Assembly: GCA_938004065.1 (NCBI GenBank)
Contig: CALKWM010000039.1
Span: 1,313-65,312 of the forward strand
From: an uncultured bacterium
GTDB taxonomy: Bacteria > Patescibacteriota > JAHJAL01
Direction: 5' to 3'
DNA: 64,000 nucleotides
Below the pieces are notes generated by a model. It searched no databases. It saw only the letters and a program-made list of their open reading frames with translations, and was not told the origin of the DNA. Below are positions 9,301-18,383 of the stretch, piece after piece (the stretch's first letter is position 1; each line of letters opens with the position of its first letter). The translations under genes were made by a program, and so were the position numbers.

Positions 9301-10781
9301 CCAAGGGCACCACCGCTGATCAAGTTACTCTGAGTAGATCAAATCCGACATCAAGCGGTTATCTGGATTTAAACTTGGATTTTGACTATATCGACAGTGA
9401 ATTGACCGACCCTTCCATTTCCATCAATTTTTCCGATCTGGATCTGCATGGGGATACCGTCACTTCCGGTTCCAATACCGCCACATTGTTTGAGACATTT
9501 ACTTTGTATGATACTTCTGGCAACCAATTGGCATATTTAGACAGCAGTTATGGTTCTGATGATAATTTTACTTGGAGTACACCGATTGATAAAGATTTAA
9601 TAATTGACAACACTTTACATCTGCGAGCCAGAATGACCGCTACTGTCACCCTGACCACCGGTAGTTCCATAACCTTGCAAAATACCATTGAAGGAATGTC
9701 TGATATTTCAATCTGTGGCATCTATGACTGTAGTGTTCCCGAGACAATCGAACTAACAACTTCCGATGATTGCGATGGTATCAATCTCTCCTGGACAAAA
9801 TTTACTGATGAATACATTTCTGGCTACAAATTGCTTCGTTCAACCACCGACCCTGATTTAACCTACCCTGAAGATGGTTATTATCAGTATTTAAGTGGCC
9901 AAAATACTATAAATTATCAAGACACCAATGTCGTGGATGGGCAGGGATACTATTACCGCATTGGCGCTTACCTTAACGGCCAAATTCTCTCCTATTCCGA
10001 TACTGAATACATCGTGGCTCACACCGATTGTTACAATCAGACCATCACTCCCATTCTGGATTGTGTGGATGATAACGATAACGGCATATACACAGCGCAT
10101 TTTGGTTACGACAATCCCAACTCCGCTACCGTCAACATACCGATAGGCAATAAAAACAAATTTATACCCGATCCAAAAAATCGTGGACAAATGACCAGTT
10201 TTCTCCCGGGTAATTTTTCAGACGAGTTTCAGGTGGTATTTAACGGTTTGAATCTCAAATGGGTTATAAAAAGTCCCAATGGTCAAAGCCGTTCAGTTAT
10301 CGCCAAAAAAACTTCTCCCTCTTGCTCAAGCTGTATGCCAACTATTGAGGTGGAATTCAATTGCGATATGCATAGTGTTTATGTGGAATCCGACAAAGAA
10401 CTTTCAAATGTGGTATTGGAATTGGAGGACGGAACTCATCAAAAATTTGATGACTTATCCGGATATTCCGGTACCTTTTCACCAACCGGCTCAAATGAGG
10501 GTAAATTAATTACTGGCATCTGGGTTAAATCCGGGTGTAACTCCAGTGGAGATGGGCCCGGCTATGGTGAGTATTTCCCCAATCCTTACTATCCCGAAGG
10601 GTGTCCGATCGAGCCCTGTTGTGATGACGACTTGGTAATTGAATTCAATAACGCCACCAGCACTCTTTCCACTCCTTGTATCATCGTTCCTGAATTCACA
10701 TTGTTATTTGGCGCTCCACTTGTTGGCTATCTGTATTTACGAAAAAAACAAAACGAAGCTAAAAATAAAAACAAAAAATAA
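6375..10781 (+). CDS. Processive GT2 glycosyltransferase (cellulose/mannan-synthase-like) fused to a large Cys-rich extracellular region with a C-terminal PEF-CTERM-like sorting signal
   Basis: ADDS, GFKGGAL, YDADF, IVED and QQIRW (D,D,D,QxxRW) motifs; multiple TMs; FN3-like segment; ends IIVPEF-TLLFGAPLVGYLYL-RKKQ. Confidence 0.85.
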   Translation: MLYTYFQQLGPYFSWIGLFCGLFFFMYSVRYYVVSILVLMKDQKALAEHMAEESSRTNLGFIITAVNMNKHLSEKFKKIFQSKKVLGFKTTRVKNEEMLSHVTQTEAGFVTQKVNMATSQKYQELLARLRNIYWQISQEKNKIVVYPARLGIRKRLHTMMMLIIMKSNYHDLRRSVLNYWFEFKQYLSGNKSFTVDKKKALIQTNNLNKFANFPAFYLGFKKTVIGQTKKMAVLAKRKASLVNLNSIEIIDDPALQPFISIHLAFYNEENVAERCIEACLAQDYEQYEIVIADDSNDRTAEILARYAHHPKIKIVRRDNREGFKGGALKEAIKATNPRAKFINVYDADFVPPPNTLKNFMKEFFTQNGNSFDLSGEDKNLAAVQGYQWHVLNKDENFVTAGIRFGFAGGYMVERVAQQYFGAMKMIAGSVFVIRRDVMEQYGWQMPDGYTSIVEDWNLTIRMYIDGWKIGYTPDIKVPAECVNSLSRLSKQQIRWAEGHTWNVKKYFFQVLSSAKMTLIEKLEFLHYGPFYLQSAFFILGTFGWIVGELIFHAKVPGWTATLGWSLVFTNLMALPVMCISGIVLERGENRDYNILPFLTFIYYIIPSLAYASVRGLVSTHESGWVRTKKTGSITDGIIEGHMASKNQKLIDKNIEIFQEGLEKAAAQYQKAHPMFKAKTSVTEDLAKGRLWMELKRVPRLGLMIILIMSITLGSLGYIASTEKTLASPDVLYLNSPQYLSYYTANSPTEIAIGPNNNSYSWYSDLCPIGDDPGGVAAGNYSAYLVLNQKPTVDKNYSLSVGHVNESGGDYQAITSTGLTINQSTSNLLSINLGNGPEIVCNKENKRKMVFTISYVGAPSGCDLNCDGDDGECSGEECSTCDKSGDDCDLSDISDEKEQIITNDIAEESTTISDSKPKKIKQSNLSDELIFNRSGFSPFIETAHATVIPCGEEVCNYTDDMNFYTALSATASGTYPTKGTTADQVTLSRSNPTSSGYLDLNLDFDYIDSELTDPSISINFSDLDLHGDTVTSGSNTATLFETFTLYDTSGNQLAYLDSSYGSDDNFTWSTPIDKDLIIDNTLHLRARMTATVTLTTGSSITLQNTIEGMSDISICGIYDCSVPETIELTTSDDCDGINLSWTKFTDEYISGYKLLRSTTDPDLTYPEDGYYQYLSGQNTINYQDTNVVDGQGYYYRIGAYLNGQILSYSDTEYIVAHTDCYNQTITPILDCVDDNDNGIYTAHFGYDNPNSATVNIPIGNKNKFIPDPKNRGQMTSFLPGNFSDEFQVVFNGLNLKWVIKSPNGQSRSVIAKKTSPSCSSCMPTIEVEFNCDMHSVYVESDKELSNVVLELEDGTHQKFDDLSGYSGTFSPTGSNEGKLITGIWVKSGCNSSGDGPGYGEYFPNPYYPEGCPIEPCCDDDLVIEFNNATSTLSTPCIIVPEFTLLFGAPLVGYLYLRKKQNEAKNKNKK

Positions 10782-10783
10782 TT

Positions 10784-11524
10784 ATGAAAAAGAATATCAA
10801 AAAAATTCAGAAGTTTGGAAACAAAATCAACCGACGAGCCAAAAGTGTTTTTGCCAAAATTTTCCAATCCATCCACAATTTTTTCATTAAAACCGCCGAC
10901 TTTGTCGCCACGCCCGAAAAAGACGCCTCCACCAAACATACCAAATACATCAACCTTTCAACCATTCAGTTAATAGTAATATTTGCTTGTGTAATCCTGA
11001 TTTTGATGCCTTTTGTTACTACTTTCAACGAATTTATCACCCGCATCGTGATGCGTATTGAAGCTTACAAAATTATCCAAAACCAGATTGTTCCTTATGA
11101 AGCACGAGTTGTTACTGGTTTCCTGCAAGCCATCGGCATCGAAGCCCAAGCCAGCATGACTCGTATCAATATGATGCGCGGCGACACTCCGATTGATGTT
11201 TTCATCAGCTGGAACTGTATCGGTTGGCAAAGTTTCGTCCTGCTCATCATTACCATGTTTGTCGGTTTAAAAGGACCATTTACCACCGCCAGCAAAATCG
11301 AAGTCGTCTTGATCGGAATATTGGGCACTATCCTGTTGGGACTCTTTAGAATATCGTTCATCGCTCTGATCGCTTACTATTTTGGAGAACTTTCCGCTGT
11401 AATTTTCCATGACTATGTCAGCACCATCATGATTATCATCTGGCTCATCACCTTCTGGATATTTGCCCAGCAGTTTCTGCTCCACCATATTGACTTTGTC
11501 AAAATTCCCAGCCGTAAAAAATAA
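10784..11524 (+). CDS. Exosortase/archaeosortase-family transpeptidase
   Basis: Multi-TM protein with ISWNCIGWQS (Cys), LFRISFI (Arg) and IFHDY (His) catalytic pattern; starts 2 bp after the GT2 stop. Confidence 0.85.
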   Translation: MKKNIKKIQKFGNKINRRAKSVFAKIFQSIHNFFIKTADFVATPEKDASTKHTKYINLSTIQLIVIFACVILILMPFVTTFNEFITRIVMRIEAYKIIQNQIVPYEARVVTGFLQAIGIEAQASMTRINMMRGDTPIDVFISWNCIGWQSFVLLIITMFVGLKGPFTTASKIEVVLIGILGTILLGLFRISFIALIAYYFGELSAVIFHDYVSTIMIIIWLITFWIFAQQFLLHHIDFVKIPSRKK

Positions 11525-11556
11525 TCATAAAAATATATCTACCAAAAAAAATAACA

Positions 11557-13638
11557 ATGGCTAAAAAACAAAAACAAATTCAAGTGATCGAAAAAACCAA
11601 AGATTATACACATTTGATCAATATCGGCATGATACTCTCGCTTATTGCCTTGCAAGCAATTCTGCTCTATCCGATGTTTTTGGACGGTTACTCCCGATTT
11701 ACCGAAAACATTGAAGCCGCTCACATCGCCAACGCCCAATATATCCTCAATCATTTTGGTGAAAAATGGAATCCGCTTTGGTATTTTGGTTTTCCTGTCC
11801 ATTTGACCTATCCGCCGGTTTTTCCATATTTAATCGCTGCTATCAGTAGTATTTCCAGTCTTTCGGTCAATTATGTTTACCGCATTCTAACCGCAATTTT
11901 CATGATCTTGACCCCATTTTCCGTATACCTATTTACTCTGTATCTAACCAGACGCAAAACAACCGCTTATCTTTCCAGTTTGTTATACATATTATTGCCT
12001 TCAATTGCTTATTTGTTTATCCCGCAGTTAGCGATGCACACACCTCTTGCCGGATACGCGCCTTTTCGTTTGATCACTTTCGCTCAATACGGTGAAGGTC
12101 CTCACCTAGGTTCAATATTTTTTATACCTCTGGCCGCCATGTATTTTATCAAAAGCTACCGTGAACCGGATATCAAAAATTATTTTTTTGCCTCGCTTTT
12201 TATCGCCCTTACCATGCTTACCAACTTGTTTGGCGGTATCGCGCTACTGATAATTTTGGGCATTATCATTCTCGGTAAAATGGCGATTTATCTGTTTGAA
12301 TTCAATCTGAAACGTTTAATTGTGATTATCCTATTATCTTATTTTTTCACCGCTTTTGTTTACGATTTGAATTTCGTTCAATCGATTTTGCAAAGTTCCT
12401 ATATTCATCCGGAAAACGCCGCCCATTGGCCACCATTTCTGGTTGTGTTTATCTCATTTACCTTTGGAATTCTGCCCATATCATTACTGATTCGCGGTCA
12501 GATGATGGGAAATGACAAAAACTTCAAATGGTTTGTTCCCGTATTATGGACTTTAGTTTTCCTGATTATACCGGTTGTGTATTATCACTTTGGGTTTTCC
12601 CTAGTTACGCAACCCAACCGTTACTTACCGGAATTACAAATAGGTTTTGGCATATTGTCTGCCATGTTTATTACTTCTCTTTGGGATCGTTATCCGGCCA
12701 CTATCAATCGGCCGACTTTGGCTAAAAAAACGGTCGCAATCAGTGTTACATTGATCACCTTGTTTTTACTTTCATATAGCTATATTTCCAATCCTTACTA
12801 TCTAATCAATCCGCAACCCATGGATAAATCATACGAGTATCAAATAGCCGGATGGCTTGACCAAAACATTGATAAATCAACCGGTGAACGAGTGTATCTG
12901 ACCGGTACTCCCGCCTTTTGGTTGACCGCTTTCAAAGAAGTGCCTCAAATTCGTGGTAGTGCCGATAACGCTCAACCCAACCCTTGGTGGGCCGACGCCT
13001 CCTATCAAATCAACAAAGGTGATGACGCCAATCTAACCAAGTCATGGCTCAACCTGATGAATGTCAAATACATTGTGATTAATTATCCGGAAAGTGGAAC
13101 CCACTATGTTGACTATGAAAACTATGATCGATTCAATGATTATGAAAGAGTGGCCGAGTTTGCTGATGGCGGATTTGCCGTTCTCCAAGTACCGGATAGC
13201 AATCTCTCGCTATTCTCTGTAGTCAATACTCAGGATGATAATTACGTCAATACTATTGCCTCCAAAAAAGATTTCAACAATATTAACAATTTTGCCGCTA
13301 TGTTAAATAGTGCGGACAATTCCAAACTTAATTATCAGATTAATTCTGCTTCCAGCTATACGATAAAATCAGATTTTATGTTAAAAGGTGATGTAATAAT
13401 TTTTAAAAGTAACTATGATCCACGCTGGGTAGCCACCGATCAAAATGGTACCAATCTAAAGATAGAGCCAATCGGACCGAATTTTGTAGAAATCACTCCC
13501 GCCACCGCCGGCGCAGTTGAGATCAGATTGACCATGACTTCCATCTGGAGCGAATATTTAGGATATATTTCGACTACAATGGCAATCGTATTTTCCGTAA
13601 TCTTGCTTTTCCGTCGCAAAAATAAATTCATTGACTAA
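11557..13638 (+). CDS. GT-C-type (YfhO / PTPS-related membrane) glycosyltransferase-like protein
   Basis: WNPLWYFGFPVHLTYPP motif, about 12 TMs, extracellular domain, NYDPRW near the C-terminal TM. Confidence 0.7.
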   Translation: MAKKQKQIQVIEKTKDYTHLINIGMILSLIALQAILLYPMFLDGYSRFTENIEAAHIANAQYILNHFGEKWNPLWYFGFPVHLTYPPVFPYLIAAISSISSLSVNYVYRILTAIFMILTPFSVYLFTLYLTRRKTTAYLSSLLYILLPSIAYLFIPQLAMHTPLAGYAPFRLITFAQYGEGPHLGSIFFIPLAAMYFIKSYREPDIKNYFFASLFIALTMLTNLFGGIALLIILGIIILGKMAIYLFEFNLKRLIVIILLSYFFTAFVYDLNFVQSILQSSYIHPENAAHWPPFLVVFISFTFGILPISLLIRGQMMGNDKNFKWFVPVLWTLVFLIIPVVYYHFGFSLVTQPNRYLPELQIGFGILSAMFITSLWDRYPATINRPTLAKKTVAISVTLITLFLLSYSYISNPYYLINPQPMDKSYEYQIAGWLDQNIDKSTGERVYLTGTPAFWLTAFKEVPQIRGSADNAQPNPWWADASYQINKGDDANLTKSWLNLMNVKYIVINYPESGTHYVDYENYDRFNDYERVAEFADGGFAVLQVPDSNLSLFSVVNTQDDNYVNTIASKKDFNNINNFAAMLNSADNSKLNYQINSASSYTIKSDFMLKGDVIIFKSNYDPRWVATDQNGTNLKIEPIGPNFVEITPATAGAVEIRLTMTSIWSEYLGYISTTMAIVFSVILLFRRKNKFID

Positions 13639-13845
13639 TAAAATTATCAACTATCAATATCCAATTTACAATTTTAAAATTCCAAACATCCATTCGACCG
13701 GTCTAAAGAATCTCAAATATCAACCATTCAACCATTTAGTAATTTAGCCACTCTTATAATTCACAATATGTCAATATCACAATATTTTTTCTAACTTCGA
13801 AATTTGTTAACAACAATTCAACCATTTAACCATTTATTTACTATC

Positions 13846-14529
13846 ATGAACACAAACCAAAACCAAAAACAATTACTCGATGACATCCATGCCAATATCG
13901 CCGGTGATTACTATGACGACTCGATTGCCAACAATCCGATCAAAAAAGTATTTCATCACTATCGATTTAAAAACATCGGGGAGATGTTAAACAAAAGTTC
14001 CCAAAATCTGCTCGATATCGGCTGTGCCGGTGGTACTTTTACCAATGAATTGTCTAAACATACTGATGCGAAAATAACGGCGATTGATATCTCACCGCAA
14101 GCCATCGAATACGCCAGTCGGCAATACCCCCACATCGATTTTCAAGTTCATGACGCCGCCGAAGAGTATTTCCCTTTCCCGGACAATAGTTTTGAAACCG
14201 TTACCATGCTGGAAACTTTGGAACATGTTTTAAATCCGGTAGAAATTCTACAAGACATCAAACGAGTGGTCAAAGACGATGGCGAGGTAATTATCCTGGT
14301 ACCCTCCGAGAACTGGCATTTCAGGTTGGGATGGGAGATCTGGACCAGACTGCCGGGCAACATCGGCGGTGCGGCCTGGGATGAATCACATGTTCAACGA
14401 TTTGATGGGCACAAACTACGTCATCTGATGGAATTTATCGGTTACGAAATACTGGAGGAACGATGGTTTAACTTGGGACTACTGGTTGCTGTCAAAGCCC
14501 GCCCGAAATATCCGAATATTAATTATTAA
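13846..14529 (+). CDS. Class I SAM-dependent methyltransferase
   Basis: LLDIGCAGG and ETLEHVLNP motifs; ATG at 13846. Confidence 0.85.
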   Translation: MNTNQNQKQLLDDIHANIAGDYYDDSIANNPIKKVFHHYRFKNIGEMLNKSSQNLLDIGCAGGTFTNELSKHTDAKITAIDISPQAIEYASRQYPHIDFQVHDAAEEYFPFPDNSFETVTMLETLEHVLNPVEILQDIKRVVKDDGEVIILVPSENWHFRLGWEIWTRLPGNIGGAAWDESHVQRFDGHKLRHLMEFIGYEILEERWFNLGLLVAVKARPKYPNINY

Positions 14530-14561
14530 GCAATATGCAATATGCAATATGCAATATGCAA
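14530..14561. repeat. Heptamer tandem repeat (GCAATAT)x4
   Basis: Seen directly after the methyltransferase stop codon. Confidence 0.85.
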
Positions 14562-14608
14562 CAACAATTACCAAGTTTCAATATCCAAGTATATTGCAAA
14601 ATACAAAA

Positions 14609-14753
14609 TGTCATCCTTCAACCTGATCCGCCTTGGGTGGACAAGCGATTCAGGATCCCGTAACAAATTTTCAATGATTAATTATCAAAATAAATCAAAT
14701 AGATCCTGAATTGCTCGAATATTCGCTTCGCTCATTTCGGGTTCAGGATGACA
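14609..14753. repeat. Inverted pair of GTCATCCT...GATCC REP-like cores
   Basis: TGTCATCCTTCAACCTGATCCGCC..TTCAGGATCC ... GATCCTGAA..TTCAGGATGACA. Confidence 0.7.
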
Positions 14754-14808
14754 AATTTATTCTTCAATTTTATTTTTAATTCGTAATTATTAATTGTATT
14801 CATCAATT

Positions 14809-17526
14809 ATGAGAGCCAACTACCACAAAATTTTATTAATTTTCGATCTGGCGATAATCATCGCCTTGACGGTGTACTTGAGTTTCGCTACCGGCATGTG
14901 GCATGGCTATCCGATTGGAACGGATGCCTATGCTCACTTATCCAAAGTGAAATTTATGTACGAAAATTTTCCCAATTTTGAATGGTATTCCTATTGGGCA
15001 AACGGGATGCCGATGTTTTTGTGGTACAGTATCGTGCCATACCTCTTCATCTTGATTCTCAAATATTTGGGCTCCTCCTATGAACTTTCAATTCAATTGA
15101 TGTCAATCGCTAGTATTTTCGTAATGGTGTATTCCATCTATCGCATTGTATTATTTGGATCCAAAAATCGGATGGCGGGATTTTTGGCAGCCCTTGTCGC
15201 GCTCACCATGCCGGCCATCTGGGGACGTATGGCGATGGGGGAGATACCTCGTCTGATTGGTACCATGTTTTTGCCTCTGTCATGGCTAATGGTTATTTAT
15301 TATCTCAACACTCAAAAACCCGGACGCTGGTTAAAATTTGCTACCATCATCTCTTTGGCTTTGGCTTTCAGCGGTCACTTTATCATCACCGGTATCACTT
15401 TAGCCACCATTTTGGTAATATTTTATTTTCATGGCGGTATTAAAAAATCTTTGGAAAATATCACTCACTTAGTAATACCAGGAATGTTACTTTCATTTTT
15501 TACCGTTTTGCCATTTTTTATCTCCGCCGGTATCAAGCAGGTGTTTGGTGAAGGTTTGTTTGCCGGGGAAAGTTCTCACGCCCCCACCAATCTATGGAAA
15601 TTTGTTACCACTTTGTTTCCTCTAAACGACCGCATCGCCTGGATCGACAATGATTATGGTGCCAGTTTTCACTGGCTGGTCTTGCCGCTGGTGGCGATAT
15701 TTGTTTTTCTTGCCCTTCATCATCGTGAAAAGCACATCAACCAACAAACGGTTTTCTCCGAATGGCACATCTTGAAATCATTTTGCTATCTGAGTTTATT
15801 TATAACTCTGTTTGGCACTGCCATGTATTTTGGCTATCCTGGTAACCTGTATAACGCCTCGCTTCCTCCAACCGACGCCTTTTTCTATCTATCACTAACA
15901 CTGCCGGTCGTGATCGGTCTGGGTTTCCACTATGGTCTGGCCAGATTTCACAATCGCGCCATTGTCTTTGTCTTTAGTGTCATCTCTCTTGTTTTCGTTG
16001 CCGGAATACTCTATCCGCTCCCTGACTTCACGATCAAAGCCAATGATAACTATCGATATTTCAACAAGGAAAATACCGTCCAACAAGAATTTGCCGATAC
16101 TATCGGGGAAAATCCTGATCAAAATTATCGCTTCGCACACAACAACTCGTTTATCGCCGTTTGGTTTAACTATGATTTCAATATTCCGCAAATCCGTGAC
16201 TACTATTCTCAGGCCTTGCTAAACAACAATGAAAAATTTTGGTTTGAAAATGCTGTCTTTGCTCTCAATGATAACTATCAAGAAGTCAAATACTTGCTCG
16301 ACTGGTTTGGTGTCAAATGGCTATCGGTTTCTTATCCCAATTTCAATTTTGATAAATTCACCAACAATTCAGATCTGTTTACTCCCGTAGCATCCAACAA
16401 TAGTCCAATCAAAGAAGAACGCATTTCCACTTTCGAATATCGTAAGCCCAGCCCGATATTTGCCGCTACTGATGCCAAAACGATTCTCGTAATCGGTGAT
16501 GATGCCGCTTACAATAATCTGCTGATTTCCCTTTCCAAAACTGACCTGGGGTCCGATCAGATAATTCCGATCAAAGCTGAACAAAACGTTGAGTTCTATG
16601 ATTTGGCATACCTCCAAAGATTTGATGCGGTAATGCTCTACAACTTTACCTATCTGGAAAAAGAACATGCTTTTAACATGCTCGATCGGTATGTCTATCA
16701 AGGCGGGTCACTATTAATCGAATCATCCGGTGTCCTGTCCAAGCCCGACGGTGAAATTGCCTTCCTGCCATTTCCGGTTACCGAAATCAATCCGGGAGAT
16801 TTTGGCCGGGATTGGGATTTCAAAACTCAAGCCAATACTCTGAGCGAACCGGTTAACACTGCTGATTTCGGTCCGGCCATCTATGGTGGCGAATTACCTT
16901 GGAGTATGTTGTATGTTGAACCCGAAAACCTGCGTGATAACGCTTTCCCTATACTCTCAAATCACGGCAAAATCGTAGTCGCCGGTATGGACCATGGTGA
17001 CGGCCATGTTATCTGGAGCGGGTTAAACATGTTCTACCATTTCAATAACTATCCGCAAAACGGTGAACGTGATTTGATTACCAATATCATCAACAATATC
17101 ACCAAAAACGAAGCCAAACATCAGATAGTTAGCGGTGAACTGACCAATCCGCAATATCGTCAAATCAATATCGAAAAGTCATCATCATATACCGGCGTCT
17201 TACTCAAAGAAAATAATTTTGATTCCTGGAATGCGTACAATAACGGCCAAAAAACAGAAATCTACACCGCCGGACCCAATATGATGTATGTCTTGCTGGA
17301 TAAAAATTCCGACCAACCGCAACTGATCGAATTTACATATCGTCGGCTGTGGTTTGAATATCTCGCCTGGAGCATTTCTCTAATTTATTTCGTTTGGTTA
17401 ATATATGCCGTCTTTGTCCATCGCGATATGGTGGAAGAACTAAAACAAAAATCCAGAACCATTTCCAAAAAAAATAAATCCAACCAAAAACATAAAACCA
17501 AAGTGGTTAAACGCTCTAAAACTTAA
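14809..17526 (+). CDS. GT-C-type (6-pyruvoyl-tetrahydropterin-synthase-related membrane protein) with a large extracellular domain
   Basis: GTDAYAHL..WYSYWANGMPMFLWY motif, many TMs, GATase-like region (YVYQGGSLLI, GDGHVIWSG). Confidence 0.7.
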   Translation: MRANYHKILLIFDLAIIIALTVYLSFATGMWHGYPIGTDAYAHLSKVKFMYENFPNFEWYSYWANGMPMFLWYSIVPYLFILILKYLGSSYELSIQLMSIASIFVMVYSIYRIVLFGSKNRMAGFLAALVALTMPAIWGRMAMGEIPRLIGTMFLPLSWLMVIYYLNTQKPGRWLKFATIISLALAFSGHFIITGITLATILVIFYFHGGIKKSLENITHLVIPGMLLSFFTVLPFFISAGIKQVFGEGLFAGESSHAPTNLWKFVTTLFPLNDRIAWIDNDYGASFHWLVLPLVAIFVFLALHHREKHINQQTVFSEWHILKSFCYLSLFITLFGTAMYFGYPGNLYNASLPPTDAFFYLSLTLPVVIGLGFHYGLARFHNRAIVFVFSVISLVFVAGILYPLPDFTIKANDNYRYFNKENTVQQEFADTIGENPDQNYRFAHNNSFIAVWFNYDFNIPQIRDYYSQALLNNNEKFWFENAVFALNDNYQEVKYLLDWFGVKWLSVSYPNFNFDKFTNNSDLFTPVASNNSPIKEERISTFEYRKPSPIFAATDAKTILVIGDDAAYNNLLISLSKTDLGSDQIIPIKAEQNVEFYDLAYLQRFDAVMLYNFTYLEKEHAFNMLDRYVYQGGSLLIESSGVLSKPDGEIAFLPFPVTEINPGDFGRDWDFKTQANTLSEPVNTADFGPAIYGGELPWSMLYVEPENLRDNAFPILSNHGKIVVAGMDHGDGHVIWSGLNMFYHFNNYPQNGERDLITNIINNITKNEAKHQIVSGELTNPQYRQINIEKSSSYTGVLLKENNFDSWNAYNNGQKTEIYTAGPNMMYVLLDKNSDQPQLIEFTYRRLWFEYLAWSISLIYFVWLIYAVFVHRDMVEELKQKSRTISKKNKSNQKHKTKVVKRSKT

Positions 17527-17551
17527 AAAAATATAATAATTATTTAAAAAA

Positions 17552-18325
17552 ATGAAAAACAAAAAACGAAAAATTGTCATTATTCCAACCTACAACGAAA
17601 TCGAAAATATCCAAGATATTATCGAGGAGATATTTACCATTGTTCCCGATATTCACATCATGATCATCGACGATAACTCACCCGATGGTACCGCCGACAT
17701 CGTAACCAAACTTCAGGCCTTTTACAAAAACCTGCATTTGGTCAAACGTACCGGCAAACTTGGGCTGGGAACCGCCTACAAACTGGGATTTCGACTGGCA
17801 TTAAAAAACGGTTATGATTACATCATGGAAATGGATGCCGACTTTTCTCACGATCCGGCGGTTTTGGAAAATTTCTTTCTCAACATCGAAAACTATGATC
17901 TGGTCATCGGCTCTCGATACGTCGCCGGTGGACGGCTGGTCAACTGGCCATTTATGCGCTGGTTGCTTAGCTATGGAGCCAGTACCTACATCAGGTTGAT
18001 TACCAGTTTGCCGATCAAAGATACCACTGCCGGCTTCAAATGCTTTCGGCGCGAGGTTTTGGAATCGATCAACTTGACCCAAGTTTTATCCGAGGGCTAC
18101 TCCTTCCAAATCGAAATGCATTACAAAGCTTGGAAAAACGGCTGGAGCATCAAAGAAATCCCAATCACTTTTGTCGATCGTAGTTATGGCCAATCCAAAA
18201 TGAACTGGAAAATTATTGCCGAGGCCTTTTTGATACCATGGAAATTAAAACTGCAACCGGTCTATGAATACATTCGCCGTGAAAAAGTTAGATTCGATTT
18301 TGAAGATATTGATTTTGATAAATAA
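17552..18325 (+). CDS. Polyprenol monophosphomannose synthase (DPM1-like GT2)
   Basis: IIPTYNE, IDDNSPDGT, GLGTAY, MDADFSH, GSRY and GYSFQIE motifs. Confidence 0.9.
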   Translation: MKNKKRKIVIIPTYNEIENIQDIIEEIFTIVPDIHIMIIDDNSPDGTADIVTKLQAFYKNLHLVKRTGKLGLGTAYKLGFRLALKNGYDYIMEMDADFSHDPAVLENFFLNIENYDLVIGSRYVAGGRLVNWPFMRWLLSYGASTYIRLITSLPIKDTTAGFKCFRREVLESINLTQVLSEGYSFQIEMHYKAWKNGWSIKEIPITFVDRSYGQSKMNWKIIAEAFLIPWKLKLQPVYEYIRREKVRFDFEDIDFDK

Positions 18326-18383
18326 AAAGTAAAGATTAACCCTCTTAAAACTTTTTTATCTCGTTTTTTATCGGGAGTTTTTT

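Noticed and set aside
13640..13845. Degenerate 7-8-mer runs (CAATTTA/ACCATT; also ~931-958, ~21441-21460, ~21570-21600)
   Set aside because: Low-complexity intergenic repeats common in such genomes; no structure or ORF could be assigned.
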